The translations under genes were made by a program, and so were the position numbers. Source: Mobula hypostoma (taxonomy: Eukaryota). From it: a stretch of DNA of 64,000 nt. A model generated the notes under the pieces. It made no database searches, was not told the origin of the DNA, and was given only the letters and a program-made list of their open reading frames with translations. The stretch is from contig NC_086108.1 of assembly GCF_963921235.1 (NCBI RefSeq), positions 109,370,001 to 109,434,000 of the forward strand. Direction: 5' to 3'. This document shows, one piece after another, positions 12,890 to 26,040 of the stretch. The stretch's first letter is position 1. Each line of letters opens with the position of its first letter.

Positions 12890-13195
12890 ATTTATTTATT
12901 TAGAGATACAGAGTGGAATAGGCCCTTCCGCCCCAACATGCTGCACCGCCCAGAAACCCACCTATTTAACCCTGGTCAAATCACAAGGCAATTTATAATG
13001 ACCTATTACAATGTACCTACTAACCTGTACATCTTGGTACTGTGGGAGGAAACCTGAGCACTGGGAGGAAACCCATACAGTTCATGGGTAGGAAATACCA
13101 ACTCCTTACAGACAGTGCCAGGCATGAACTCTGAAGTCCAGAATGCCTGAGCTGTAACAGCGTCACATGAACTGCTACATTATCATGGCACCCTA
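12890..13195 (-). mobile_element. V-SINE
   Basis: tgtgggaggaaacctgagcactgggaggaaaccca (V-domain complement) and an (ATTT)n tail complement. Confidence 0.8.
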
Positions 13196-13659
13196 CTTAA
13201 TTTCCCTCTCAACACCATTAACCTGCCTTTTCCCCGTTACCTTTGACACCCGTACTAATCAAGAACCTACCAATTGCCTTAAGTACACCCAATGACTTGG
13301 CCTCCACAGCCGTCTGTGGCAATGAATTCCACAGATTCACCATCCTCCTCATCTTTGTTCTAAAGGGACGTCTTTTTATTCAGAGGCTGTGCCCTCTGGT
13401 CCTAGACTCCTCCAGACTGGTTCAACATTTCAAATAGCTGGCAGACAGAAACAGATATTTAAATCCATACTTCATTATTACACTCTTTCTTTGTGATTAG
13501 AGAATATGCTTGTATTTCATTTATCTCAAGAGATATATATATATATATATAATTCCATTCCCAGCTAATTTCCGAGGGAGAGTGTATGTCCGTTTCCCTA
13601 TCCAGAAGGATAATCAAGCTACATTTAACCCTTTATAGGAAAGCAGCCAACACAATGGG

Positions 13660-13950
13660 TCTCCACGGTGGTATAGTGGTCAGTGCGACACTATTATAGC
13701 CTGGGCTGCAGAGTTCAGAGTCCAGTTCCAGTGCTGTCTGCAAGGAGTTTGTACGGCACTTCTCATGTGTGTGTGGGTTTCCTCCAGGTGCTCCAATTTC
13801 CTCCCACAGTCCGAAGATGTACTGATCAGTAGGCTAATCGATCATTGTAAATTGTCCTGTGATTAGGCTAGGGTTAAATAGGGGGGTTGCTGGAAGGTGT
13901 GAGTTGGTAAATCAGAACTGTCTGTTCCATGCTGTATCTCTAAATAAATA
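13660..13950 (+). mobile_element. V-SINE
   Basis: A box tggtatagtggt, V-domain gggtttcctccaggtgctccaatttcctcccaca, and taaataaata tail. Confidence 0.85.
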
Positions 13951-13959
13951 CATAATAAA

Positions 13960-14300
13960 GATAATTTGATAAAGATGTATAAGATGATAAGAGTATAAGA
14001 ATGGACAGCCAGAAATTAGCATAAGGTTTACCAGGATGCTGCCAGGACTAGAGAGCATGTCTTATGAGGCTAAGTTGAGCAAACTAGGGCTTTTCTCTTT
14101 GAAACAAAGGAGAACGAGAGGTGACTTGATAGAGGTGCACAAGGTGACAAGAAGCACTGTTAGGGTGGACAGCCAACAACTTTATCCCAGGGCAGAAATG
14201 GCTAATATGAAAGAGCATAATTTTAAGATGATTGGAGGAAAATACAGGGGGATGTCAGGGCTAAGTTTCTAAGTTCTACGTTCTATGTCCTATGTTCTAT
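13960..14300 (+). mobile_element. CR1 LINE fragment
   Basis: ORF 14036..14272 has MLPGLESMSYEAKLSKLGLFSLKQRRTRGDLIEVHK. Confidence 0.85.
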
Positions 14301-14407
14301 AATCAAGAGACTCGCCCACACCAGACATTCTCTCTATTCATTGGTGGGGCAGAAAATACAAACCTAAAAGCACGCACCACCAGACTCAAGGACAGCTACT
14401 GTTATCA

Positions 14408-14803
14408 TTGATGGAACTGGACTCTCTGACGGTGGTGTCTGAAAAGAGGATACTGTCCAAGTTGCATGCCATCTTGGACAATGTCTCCCATCCACTACAT
14501 AATGTACTGGGTGGGCACAGGAGTACATTCAGACAGAGACTCATTCCACCGAGATGCAACACAGAGCGTCATAGGAAGTCATTCCTGCCTGTGGCCATCA
14601 AACTTTACAACTCCTCCCTTGGAGGGTCAGACACCCTGAGCCAATAGGCTGGTCCTGGACTTATTTCCTGGCAAAATTTTACATATTACTATTTAACTAT
14701 TTATGGTTTTATTACTATTTATTATTTATGCTGCAACTGTAACTAAAACCAATTTCCCCCAGGATCAATAAAGTATGACTACTACTACTACTACTACTGC
14801 TAC
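14408..14803 (+). mobile_element. Rex1/Babar LINE 3' end with (CTA)n tail
   Basis: ORF 14408..14647 has ILDNVSHPLH...RCNTERHRKSFLPVAIKLYNS, followed by aataaagtatgactactacta. Confidence 0.85.
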
Positions 14804-15124
14804 TATCATTCCTGAGTGCATCTCTATTCAATAAAAGATGAATTCTTGATCTCCCAATTCGACTCATTATAGCCTTTGTAATTTATCTGTCTACCCCTAC
14901 TGCACTGTCTCTGTAGCTGTAACACTACGTTTCATATCCTTTACATTGCCCCTTGTACTTATGTAAATGTAAAGGTGAAAAAAAAAGCTTTATTTGTCAA
15001 AAAGTACAGTGACCAATCACCAGTAACGTCTGAGGATGTGCCCAAAGGTGTAACCATGTTTCTGGCACCAGCACAGCGTGCCCATTACTTACTATCTCTT
15101 ACTCTAACCATATAGTCATCGGGA

Positions 15125-17205
15125 AAAACAGTACAGAAACAGGCCCTTTGGCCCATCTAGTCCATGTCAAAGCCATTTAAGCTGCCTACTTCCAACAACC
15201 TGCATGGGACCAGAGCCATCCATATCCCTACTATCCATGTACCTATCCAACACCCTTTTAAATGTTGAAATTGAGCTCACGTGCACCATTTGTACTGGCA
15301 GCTTATTCCACACTCTCACCATCCTCTGAGTAAAGAAATTTCTCCTCATGTTCCACTTAAACTTCTCACCTTCTACCCTTAACCCATGACCTCTGGTCGG
15401 AGTCCCACACAAACTCAGTGGAAAAAACCTGCTTGCACTTACCCAGTCTATACTCCTCATAATTTTGTATACCTCTATCAAATCTCCTTTCAATCTTCTA
15501 CATTCTAAAGAATACAGTCCTACCCTATTCAATCTTTTCTCATAACTCAGGTCCTCCTGACCCAGCAACATCCTTGTAAATTTTCTCTATACTCTTCAAC
15601 CTTGTTTACATCTTTCCTGTAGGTAGGTGACCAAATCTCTAAATACTCAAATCACAATACTCTAAATTAGGCCTCACCAATGTCTTACTCAACTTCAATT
15701 TAACACCCCATTTCCTGTATTCAGTATATTGATTTATGAAGGGCAATGTGCCAAAAGCTTTCTTCATGACCATATCTATCTGTGACACCACTTTCAATGA
15801 ATTATGGACCTGTACTCCTTTTGTTCTACTACACTCCACAGTGCCCTACCGTTCACTGTGTAAGACCTACCTTGGTTGGGTCCTACCAAAGTTCAACATC
15901 TAGCACTTGTCTGCATTAAACCCCATCTGCCATATCTATCTATACCCCATTTTCCAGTGGTCCAGATCCCACTGCAAACCATGGTAGCCTTCCTCACTGT
16001 CCACTACAGCCCCCAATCTTCATGTCATCTGCAAATTTGGTGATCCAGTTGACCACATTATCATCCAGATCATTGATATAGAATACAAACAACAAAGGAC
16101 ACAGCACCAATCCCTGTAGCACACCACTAGTCACAGGCTTCCAGTCAGAGAGGCAACCATGTACTACCACCCTTTGGTTTCTCCCATAAAGCCAATGTCT
16201 AATCCAATTTGCTACCACATCCTGAATGCTGAATGACTGAACAATCTTGACCAGGCTCCCATGCGGGACCTTGTCAAATGCCTTACTAAAGTCGATGTAA
16301 ACAACATCCGCTGCCTTGTCTTCATCCACTTTCCTGGTAACTTCCTCAAAAATCTCTTTAAGACTGGCTAGACATGACCTACCATGCACAAAGCCATGCT
16401 GATATCCTTAATCAGTGTGGGCACTTGGCCAAATGGTTAAGGCATTGGACTAGCTACCTGAAGATCGTGAGTTCGAGCCGCAGCCGAGGAAACGTGTTGT
16501 GTCCTTGTGCAAGGAACTTAATCACACATTGCTCTGCGACGACACTGGTGCCAAGCTGTATGGGTCCTAATGCCCTTCCCTTGGACAACATTGGTGTCGT
16601 AGAGAGAGGAGACTTGCAGCATGGGCAACTGCTGGTCTTCCATACAACCTTGCCCAGGCCTGAGCCCTGGAGAGTGAAGACTTTCCAGGCGCAGATCCAT
16701 GGTCTCGCAAGACCAATGGATGCCTTTACTATCCTTAATCACCCCATGTCTGCTGGTCCCTTAGAATACCTTCTAATAACTTTCCCACGAATGATGTCAG
16801 ACTCATCAGCCTATAATTTCCAGGTTTATGTTTACAGCATTTTTTAAACAGCAGAATAACATTGACTATTCTTCAATCCTCTGGTACCTCCCCTGTTGTT
16901 AAGGATGATTTAAATAACTCTGCTAGGGCCCTGGCAGTTTCTGCACTTGCATCCTGTAGGGTCTGAGGGAACACCTTGTCAGGCCCTGGGGATTTATCCA
17001 CCCTGATTTGCCTCAGGGTAGCAAACACCTCCTCCTCTGTAATCTGCACAGGGTCCATGAGGTTGATGCTGCTTTGCCTCACTTCTGCTGTATCTGTCTC
17101 CCAAGTAAATACAGATGCAAAGAATTCACTTAAGATCTCCCACATCTGTTTTGGCTCCACACAGGGATTACCATTCTGGTCTTCCAGAGAGCAAATTTTG
17201 TCAAA
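15125..17205 (-). pseudogene. CR1 LINE ORF2 reverse transcriptase remnant (about 1.8 kb, frameshifted)
   Basis: ORF fragments DKSPGPD (16873..17160); YIDFSKAFDKVPH, SGVLQGLVL, YINDL, KFADD (15994..16389); LVRPNLEYC (15639..15839); RRLKGDLIEVYKIM...NFFTQRMVRVWN (15167..15571). Confidence 0.92.
16415..16729 (+). mobile_element. tRNA-derived SINE with RTE-like 3' end, inserted into CR1
   Basis: Exact 12-bp TSD TATCCTTAATCA (16403-16414, 16730-16741). A box tggccaaatggttaagg and B box gagttcgagcc. Confidence 0.88.
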
Positions 17206-17480
17206 GCTGTAAACTCAGTCAGCTCCATCGTGGGTAATAGCCTCCCTGGCAGCCAGGACATCTTCAAGGAGAAATTCCTCAAGAAGTTGGCATCCATTAT
17301 TACAGACCCCCATCACCCAGGTCATACCCTCTCCTTATTGCTACCATCAGGGAAGAGGTGCAGAAGTCTGAAGGCACACAGTCAACGATTCACCTCTGCC
17401 AACCAATTTCTGAATGGACATTGAACCCATGAACACTACCTCCCTCCTTTTTCTGCATTACTTATTTAATTTGACATAGA
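17205..17480 (+). mobile_element. Rex1/Babar 3' fragment
   Basis: ORF 17230..17424 has SIITDPHHPGHTLSLLLPSGKRCRSLKAH. Confidence 0.85.
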
Positions 17481-17547
17481 AGTATTTCTATAAAATGTGA
17501 ATTACAGTAAATATATATATTTATATATATGTGTGTGTACATATATA

Positions 17548-18265
17548 CTGACAAAAGTGGAAATTGAGTGCAATAAAGTTGGACTTCACCTAAATGCTAA
17601 AAAGACAGAGTACATGGCGCTTAGCTGCGACGAAGGTACTCTCAAGACCGTAAAGAATGATACCATTAAGAAAGTCTTTGACTACAAGTACCTCGGGTCA
17701 AGAATGATGAGTTTGGAGAAGGACATAAAGATACGGAAGGTGCTGACGTGGAGAGCTATGAACGACATGAAGTTAAATCTGGAAGTTGAACCTGACCAGA
17801 GGGCTTAAAAAGAGGATCTTCATAGCAGTCATAGAGTCCATTCTCACGTACGGATGCGAGGCGTGGACACTCACCAAGACGATGCGAAAGTCTCTAGATG
17901 GTTGCTATACAGGAATGCTCTGGATGGCTCTTGACGTGAGTTGGCAACAGCACATGAAGAACTTCAAGCTCTATAACAACCTACCAATGCTCTCCACTGA
18001 AATCAGGGCAAGAAGACTGCAACTAGCGGGGCACTGTCTATGCCACCCCGAGCTACCTGCCAGCCTAGTCATCATATGGGAGCCCAAGCACGGGAGGATG
18101 AACCCTGGGCGCCCTCCCAAGACTATGGTCAACATGCTCCTAGAAGACAGCGCCGCGGCTAATGTAGATGAACTGAACACACTGATGAGGGAGAGGGAGA
18201 AGTGGAGAGTCCGCCATCGTGCCCGACGCTGGCCCCCTAGGCCTGAGTCGACATAGTAGTAGTAG
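17548..18265 (+). mobile_element. RTE-clade LINE, 5'-truncated, with (TAG)n tail
   Basis: ORFs have KVGLHLNAKKTEYM, YKYLGS, ESILTYGCEAWTL, RRLQLAGHC and GRPPKT, with one frameshift. Ends in tagtagtagtag right after the stop codon. Confidence 0.9.
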
Positions 18266-18549
18266 TTCACAGTTTTATTATAATGTATTGCAATGTACTG
18301 CTTCCACACAACAACGTTTCATGACATATGCCGGTGATATTAAACCTGATTCTCATCCAGATCCTTTGGAATGTGGGAGGAAACCATCTGGTCAGAGGGA
18401 GAATGTCCTTACAGAAGATGGCATTAGGACTTCTATTTTAATACTATATCATTATGTGTCATATATATATATTTATCTCAATATATATAAATATACATAT
18501 ATACAACACCTTCAAATAAGTGTGTGTAGCAATAAGATTGTGATAACTG

Positions 18550-18790
18550 GGGCCGCATAGCAGTGTATCAGTTAAAGTAATGTTTCACATCACAAGTGAC
18601 CTGGGTTCAGTTCCCGCCACTGTTGGTAAAGAGTACTGTATTTCCATTCTATCCATGACCATGTGGGTTTCCTCTGAGTGCTCCAGTTTCCTCCCACAGT
18701 CTGGAGACGTATGGGTTATTAGGCCAATTGGTCACATGGGTGTAATTGGATAGTGCAGGATCATTGAGTTAGAAGAGTTTGCTGTATAAA
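18550..18790 (+). mobile_element. V-SINE
   Basis: B box gggttcagttccc and V-domain gggtttcctctgagtgctccagtttcctcccaca. Confidence 0.8.
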
Positions 18791-19194
18791 AAAAAGTAGT
18801 ATTTAATATACTTTTGACATCTAATTGGAGGATATAAATTTATCTTCAATTTAACTCCAGTTTTTTTCTGCTTTGTAAGGAAGATGTAATGTTGGCAGAT
18901 CCCCATAATATCACTTCAATGGTGCCATGCCTGCACAAATACAACTTGATTCTAAGGCAGACACCATTTCATACAGATTGCTTGCTCTGTTCCATAAGTC
19001 AATGAACTGCAGGTAGAGGAGTGGATAGTGTACAACTGAAATCCACTCCATCATTCTGGGAGCTGTAGTGAGAGTTTAATCAACTGTTGTTGAGACCAGC
19101 ACTCGTGAGCTTCACGCTTTGCAGTCAATGGGGTAGTCTGGTTAAAGATTAGCTTTATTTGTTACACGTATATTGAAATACGTATATTAAGGGT

Positions 19195-19500
19195 GACAGG
19201 GTTCAAACAGATTCCTTTCAAAGGTGTAAGGCACTCCTTTCCTCTGCTAGAGTACAGACCACCCTTGCACAAGGTTAGCCCCCACCGATCAGGGTCACGT
19301 GAAGCCATGGGAGCAGGTGGTGGATGGTCGTATGAGCAGCTGATACATGCCACAAGTCCTGGTTATGTGACCACTGACGCCAGGCAGACAATCTCAAACC
19401 AATGGCAAGCCACTTTTGTAGAATTTGCCAGGAACAATCACAGTCATGGAAGGACCATGATCGCCCATGTCAAACAACACTGCATATGATGATGATGGTG
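19195..19500 (+). mobile_element. RTE-related non-autonomous retroposon with (GAT)n tail
   Basis: Homologous to 25657-26040 (gaagccatgggagcaggtggtggatggtcgtatgagcagct...gatgatgatg). Confidence 0.8.
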
Positions 19501-19504
19501 ATAT

Positions 19505-19785
19505 TAAAACATACAGCGAAATACATTGCTGGTGTCAAATCAAATCAATGAAGATCGTGCTGCAAGTTTCACTGTGCTTCCAGCACTAATGTAACATGCC
19601 TACAACTTACTAACCCTAATGTGTGCATCTTTGCATGTGAGAGGTGAATGGAGCACCTGGGGGAAACCCATGCAGTCGCGGGGAGAACGTCTAAGCTCCT
19701 TACAGACAGTGTGGGAATTGAACACCGATTGTAATTGCTGGTGCTGTAAAGTGATGCACTAACCCCTATGCTACCATGCTACCCT
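19505..19785 (-). mobile_element. V-SINE
   Basis: ggagcacctgggggaaaccca...ctccttacagacag..gggaattgaac. Confidence 0.75.
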
Positions 19786-20154
19786 ATTTGAGGTGCTGCT
19801 GTGAGATTTAATGTGTCTTGGATTTCTGCATCTTGCAATTGGAATTAGAATTGGGATTTGTATTGGAATAGATTGATTATTGTTACGTGTACTGGTACCA
19901 AGGCCTCTTTTCTACAGGTTAGATCACTACAACTGAGGCAGCACAAGGTAAAACAATAACAATGCAGAATGAAGTGTAACAGCTATAAAGAAAGCAGGCA
20001 GACAATAAGGTGCCAAAGCATAACAAAGTTGATTGTATGATCAAGAGTCCATCATATTGCACTAGGGAAGCACTCAATTGTCTTATAACAGCACTGTACA
20101 AGTAGTCATTTGGACAGGTGTATGGTGAGGAAACATTAAGAGGGTTCTGTATCA

Positions 20155-20515
20155 AATCGGGTGGTGGGATGAAGATACATCTCTACCAAAGGAGGTGTAA
20201 GGCGCTCCTTTCCTCACCTGCAGGTCACCTTTGGACAAGGTGTAGCACCTACTTAACCCCCCCCCCCAAAATCAGGGTGACATGAAGCCATGGGAGCAGG
20301 TATTGGAAGGTTGTACGAGCAGCTGGTGCATATCACAAGTCCGGGTTATGCGACCACTGACGCCAGGTAGACAATCTCTGAAGAACATTGATATTGGCTG
20401 TAAAGACTGCCCCAGAAGAAGAGAATTGCCAAACCACTGCCGCAGAAAATTTGCCAAGAACAGAATGGTCAAAAGACATGGTCAATCATATCACATGACA
20501 CTGCAGATGATGTTG
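20155..20515 (+). mobile_element. RTE-related non-autonomous retroposon
   Basis: Homologous to 25657-26040. Confidence 0.8.
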
Positions 20516-20561
20516 ACGTACCAAATGGAGACAAAGGAGAATAGCCTAGATGTGCATCCTC

Positions 20562-20960
20562 AGATTCAGAATCAGGCTTAATATCACTGGAATACGTCAT
20601 GAAATTTGTTGTTTTGTGCCAGCAATACAATACAATAAGAAATATATATTAAAAATAAATAAGGAGAGTTTTAAAAAAAGGAAAAAAATTGAGGTAGTGC
20701 TCATGGGTTTATTGTCCTTTCAAAAATCTGATGGCGGAGGGGAAGAAGTTGTTCTTAAACTATTGAGTGTGCACCTCAGGCTCCTGTACCGCCTCCCTGA
20801 TGGTTACAATGAAAAAAGGGCAAGTCCTGGGTGATGAGAGTCCTTAATGTTGGATGCTGCCTTTTCGAGACATCGTCTTTTGAAGCTGTTCAGCATGCTG
20901 GGGAGGCTGGTGCCCATGATGGAGCCGGCTGAGTTTACAACTTCCTGCAGCTTTTTCCTA
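20562..20960 (-). mobile_element. Rex1/Babar 3' fragment
   Basis: ORF 20804..21049 has RKKLQEVVNSAGSIMGTSLPS...KAASNIKDSHHPG; tail complement attcagaatcagg. Confidence 0.85.
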
Positions 20961-22539
20961 TTCGGTGTTTTGTGTTCTGATCCTTGGTCTACATGGACCA
21001 GATCAGACAAAGGGGCCTGTTCCCCTGCCGGATGACTTTGTGACACCATGACCCTGGATAAACTGCAAAGGCCACCAGCAAGGTAGATTGGGAGAGCAGG
21101 AGCTCGCCTTTGGTATATCAGATGTCTTGTTCAAGAGTCTGATAGCAGTAGGATGGACGCCTTTGGAATGTAGGAGGAAACCCACGCAGTCATGGGGACA
21201 ACGTACAAGCTCCTTACAGGCCATGGTGGAAATTAAACCCTGATTGGTGGGTGGGGGGGAGCTCACTGGCAGTGTAAGGCATTATGCGGTTACGCAACTG
21301 TCCCATCCACCCTACACTTCTGTCCACCCTCCATATAACCGATGTGTACCAGCCTTCCTAGGCACCACAGTGTTGGTGTTTCGAGTTCAGTTCAGACGTC
21401 ATCTGCAAGGAGTCTGTACATCCTCCCCTGGAATGTGTGACTTTTCTCCGGGTGCTCCGGTTTCCTCCCAGAGTCCAAAGAAGTACCTGTTTGTCGATTA
21501 ATTGGTCATTGTAAATTGTCCTGTGATTAGGCTAGGGTCAAAGTTCAAAGACCATTTATTATCAAATTCTGTATGCAGAATATAACTCTGAAGTTCATCT
21601 CCTCGCAGTCAGCCACAAAACAAAGAAGCACCAGTAGAAGGAAACATCAAACACACAACACAGGAATAAAGAACAAATTGGGTAAACAGCAAAAAGCAAG
21701 CGAACAACACAGAATATCAAACATCAAACCAGTAGTATTCAGTTTACTTCAGAACTACACGACTAAGTTAATCGGGGGTTGCTAGACGGCGCAGCATGAA
21801 GAGCCAGTTCTGCTCTGTATCTCCACAAACAAACAAATAAATAAATAAATCCTCCCACTGACTTCCAACACTCAAAGTCATTTGCAGTCTTTAGCTAATT
21901 TGAATATCGAGCGGACTCCAGATGTGCAGCTATTTTTAATTTGGGGTGCAGTCATTGTGGGCCTTCAGACATATGTGAAGACACGCGCCCCAGAGAATTT
22001 TTTGCAGGCGCGCGTTCTCTCCTTTTTTGGGTAAAAGATGCTGCTTTCCCTTAGCTGCTACAGCTTCACGTCCCTCAGGAAACCTTCCTGGTAGCAAAAA
22101 CTAATTTCATCAGCAAACAAAGGACTTGAAACAGCATGCCTTAAGTTGAGAAAACAGCACTGCAAAATGGCCACGCTGAGAGAGATTAGCTCAATTCTGA
22201 TGTTACAGAGGTGCTTAGAGAGGGAATAGGATATTCGGCCCCTCAAGCCTGACCACATTTCAGAGACATATGGATTAGTAGGTTAATGAGCAACATGGGT
22301 GTAATCGGGCAGCACAGGCTCATTAGGCAAGAAGGGCTTGTTATTGTGGTGTACAGTATCTCGAAATTAAAATGCTATGCAGAGGTGAGGAGAAATCAAA
22401 CTCTCTTCAACCATCATGCCCCTGAACCAACGTGCTTAACTTCACATACCTCAACAATGAACTGATTCCACAACCTCTCGACTCAATTTCAAGCACTCTA
22501 CAACCCGTGTTCTCAGTATTACTTATTTATTTACTATTA

Positions 22540-23462
22540 CTGTAGATTCCAGTTAATTAGGACATATCGGGACCAGTATGCTTTGGTCCAAGTAAGTGGC
22601 TGTTCCAATTAGCTGAAGTTTCATGGAAATAGTTAAAATAGTATTAAAAAAGACAGACAACCGTTTAACTGAGTAACAAATTATAAGACCATATGGCCAT
22701 AATTTATGTGCATATTCATGGTGTTTTTAGATAAATTATATATTTAAATGAGATACAGAACAATTAAGACACCTTATTACTATGACAGTACTATCAAATT
22801 TTGTTTTAGTTCCTAATAGTCATCGACGGAGAAGTTTGTCCAGAGTACGCTGCCATGTTCTTTTGACTGACTTTAAGTGAACGAATTCAGCGCGGATACC
22901 AAGTGCAGGTTGTGAGCTGCCTTCACACAGTGTTTTCAATGATTACACCCTCCAAATCTTCATTTTCATTGTAATAGTCAAGATGATTATCAATACCTTC
23001 AAGTTCTTGATAGTTCCTAACTTGCTGGAGTAGTGAAATTGTTTCGTTTTCACTCCCAGACATTTCTGGGATCTCCAAGCCTGAATGCTTGAAACCGCAG
23101 TGAGCAAAGCAGTTCTGAATTGTCTGCAACACACATCAAAGTTGCTGGTGAACGCAGCAGGCCAGGCAGCATCTCCAGGAAGAGGTGCAGTCGATGTTTC
23201 AGGCCGAGACCCTTCGTCAGGAATTGACGAATTGTCTTCCTGCTTATTTGTCGCCAACGATCAGAGACAAAAATCATTGCTTTTTGAACACAAACACACG
23301 CAACAGACACTATTATAAAACTGTTCTGAGCATGGTGTAGTGTTTAGCAGCCATGCAGGTGCACACAACTTACGCTAATTAGAAACTGTTTGGTGACAAT
23401 CTCCTGCCCCAATTAAGCAGCCGTCCCAATTAACTGATGACCCAATTAACCAGAATTTACTG
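22540..23462 (-). mobile_element. Tigger/pogo DNA transposon, internally deleted, inside a Rex1 3'UTR (about 22400-23655)
   Basis: TIRs ctgtagattccagttaattagg and cccaattaaccagaatttactg, with TA on the left. Minus-strand peptide (SRK)TIQNCFAHCGF is typical of pogo/Tigger transposase after the DDE domain. Confidence 0.82.
23126..23228 (-). mobile_element. 103-bp Penelope terminal-repeat insertion with hammerhead core
   Basis: 9-bp TSD GAATTGTCT (23117-23125, 23229-23237). Minus strand reads cCTGACGAagggtctcggcctGAAAcatcgactg. Confidence 0.85.
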
Positions 23463-24494
23463 CATTAGTTTTTTCTTTGTATTTGCAGTTTGTCTCTTTT
23501 GCACATTGGTTATTTGTCAGTCTTTGTTTGCAGTTTTTCATTGATTCTGTTGTATTTCTTTGTTCTACTGTGAATTCCTGCAAGAAAATAAATCTCAGGG
23601 TATTATATGGTGACACATACGTACTTTGATAAGAAACTTACTTTGAACTTTGAACTAATCCTTCACCAGAATCAGTCTGGAGAGAGGAAGAAAGTAATCT
23701 CTGTATTATTTTGGTCTTTTAATCCCAGCTCTTGTCTCCTGCCAACCGATCAGACTTCCACCCCGCAGTTACCAGAGTTTTGAACAAGACTGCTGATGTG
23801 CAAAAGATGAAGTCTTGTTCTCCCAATCTGCCTCATTGTGGTCCTTACAATTTATTCAAGGTTTAATGGTTCAAATGATTCAATTTAATATCAGAGAGAG
23901 AATGTATACATTATAGAACCTCCACAGACATCCACGAAACAGAAAAAAATCCCAAAGAATGAATAACAGAAACGTCAGAACCCCAAAGCCTCCCACGCAC
24001 AAGCAGCAGCAAAACCCTCCCCCTCCACCTCCCCTCCCCTTCCCCACCTCAATCTTCCACATTGCTTCTCCAAACCCTCTTCCCTGACTCGAGGATAAGC
24101 AGGCTCTCACTCACCATCAAAATAGAAGGAGGGAGGGGGATTGCTTGAGCGCAGGGGTTTTCCTCCAACAGCAGCGCACACTCCCTGCTGTCTCGAAGTT
24201 TCGTTCAGTCTCCCAGAGCACCTCAGTCAGCAACACTGGCAAGCAACTGGGTTGTCCCTGGGGCCACACCCTCAAGGCGCATGTTTTCCAAGCCACACCT
24301 CAAGATATCGAATCTTCAGGTCGCCTAGCATCCAGGAATGACAAACGCAGCACCCATGGAAAACCATTGTTTGAGCTGCAGCTGGTGATCACAGACTCAG
24401 ACAGAATCCAGGTATAGAGTTACAGACCCATTCAACATGGAAGCAGCCATTCGGCCCAACTGATCCATGCAGACCCAGGTGCACATCTAAGCTA

Positions 24495-24918
24495 GTCTGC
24501 AGAGGGTTGTAAACTCAGCCAGCTCCATCATGGACACCAGCTTCTCCAGCATCAAGGGCATCTTCAAATGGTGATGCCTCAAAAAGGCAGCATCCATCAT
24601 TAAGGATCCCCATCACCCAGGACATGCCCTCTTCCCACTGCTACCATCAGGAAGGAGCCACAGGAGCCTGAAGATCCACACTCAACAGCTTAGGAACAGC
24701 TTCTTCCTCTCCACCATCAGATTTCTGAATGGTACATGAGCCCATGAACACTACCTTACTACTTCATTCTCTTTTGTCTCTGCATATTTTTAATACACTC
24801 TGATTGTAATTGAGAACAAGTCTTATGTATTGCATTGTACCGCTGCAGCAAAACAGCAAGTTTCACGACATGCAGAGTGTCAGTGATAGTAAACCGGATT
24901 CTGATTCTGATTCAGATT
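24495..24918 (+). mobile_element. Rex1/Babar 3' end
   Basis: catcacccaggacatgccctcttc...ccatcaggaaggag...aggaacagcttcttc and a (gattct)n tail. Confidence 0.85.
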
Positions 24919-25656
24919 CACGGCTGAGCTCCGCTAGGCTTGATCTCCTCTTCTTTACCAGTTTCTCATCTCCCTAAATTCAAAAAGGTATCTAACTCCT
25001 CCTTAAATACCCCACCACCCACCTCCCCCTGCCTCCCTCATCCCCCAGACCTGAAATCCACTACCCTCTGAGATAGAAAATGCTAGAGGTTTACAACCAC
25101 AGGGACAGGACAGGGTATGAGAGAAAAATTCATAGTTGATACCAGATTTTGGAAATCATATACGAAGAATATAGAACATAGAACAGTACAGCACAGAAAC
25201 AGGCTCTTTGGCTCACATTATCTGTGTTGAACACGATGCCGAATTAAACCAAATCTCTTCCCCCCGCACGTGGTCCATAACCCTCCATTCCCCGCATACT
25301 CATGACCTCTCAAGTTCCACTACGATATAGAACATTGAACAAGACCTTCAGCCCACGAAGTTGTGCTGAACCAATTAAATTCGTAATCAAATGGCCAACT
25401 ATTCTCTTCTGCCTATCTTTCAATTTTCCTCACATTCATGTGCCCATCCAAACACCTCTTAAAAGTCCCTGATGTTTCTGCCTTTACCACCACCAGGTAC
25501 CCACCACTCTGTATAAAAAACCTTGCCCTCACATCTCCTTTGAAGTTGCACCCTCTCATCTTAAATGCACAGTCTCTGGTATTAGACATTTCAACCCTGG
25601 GAAAAATATATTGTCTCTCTACTCTATCTATGCTTTTCATAATCTTATAAACCTCT

Positions 25657-26040
25657 CAGGTGGCAGGGTGGAGACACATCTCTACCAAAGGAGGTGCAAG
25701 GTGCCACTTCCTTCTGCCAGCCTGCAGGTCACCCTTGGGCGAGGCGTAGCACCTGCTTAGCCCCACCACATGCCAGTCAAAATCAGATGAAGCCATGGGA
25801 GCAGGTGGTGGATGGTCGTATGAGCAGCTGGTGTCTATCACAAGTCCTGGTTATCTGACCACTGATGCCAGGCAGACAATCTCTGAAAAATATTGATAAT
25901 GGCTGGGGTCACCTGTCTTGTAAAGACACTTCCCAAAGAAGGCAATGGCAAACCACCTCTGTAGAAAAATTTGGCAAGAACAATCATGGTCATGGAAAGA
26001 CCATGATCGTCCACATCATACGACATGGCACATAATGATG
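25657..26040 (+). mobile_element. Full-length RTE/BovB-related non-autonomous retroposon inserted into CR1
   Basis: TSD ATAAACCTCT / ATAAACTTCT (25647-25656, 26041-26050). Contains gaaggcaatggcaaaccacctctg, a motif I recall from BovB and Sauria SINE. Ends in (GAT)n. Confidence 0.8.

Noticed and set aside
16415..16490. tRNA gene candidates here, at about 46925-46995 and at V-SINE heads
   Set aside because: The A/B boxes belong to SINE heads with attached bodies and tails; no complete cloverleaf is supported.
22030..22100. Possible exon (ttcccttag acceptor...ctg|gtagca donor)
   Set aside because: Weak donor, unrecognisable peptide and no supporting neighbouring exons.
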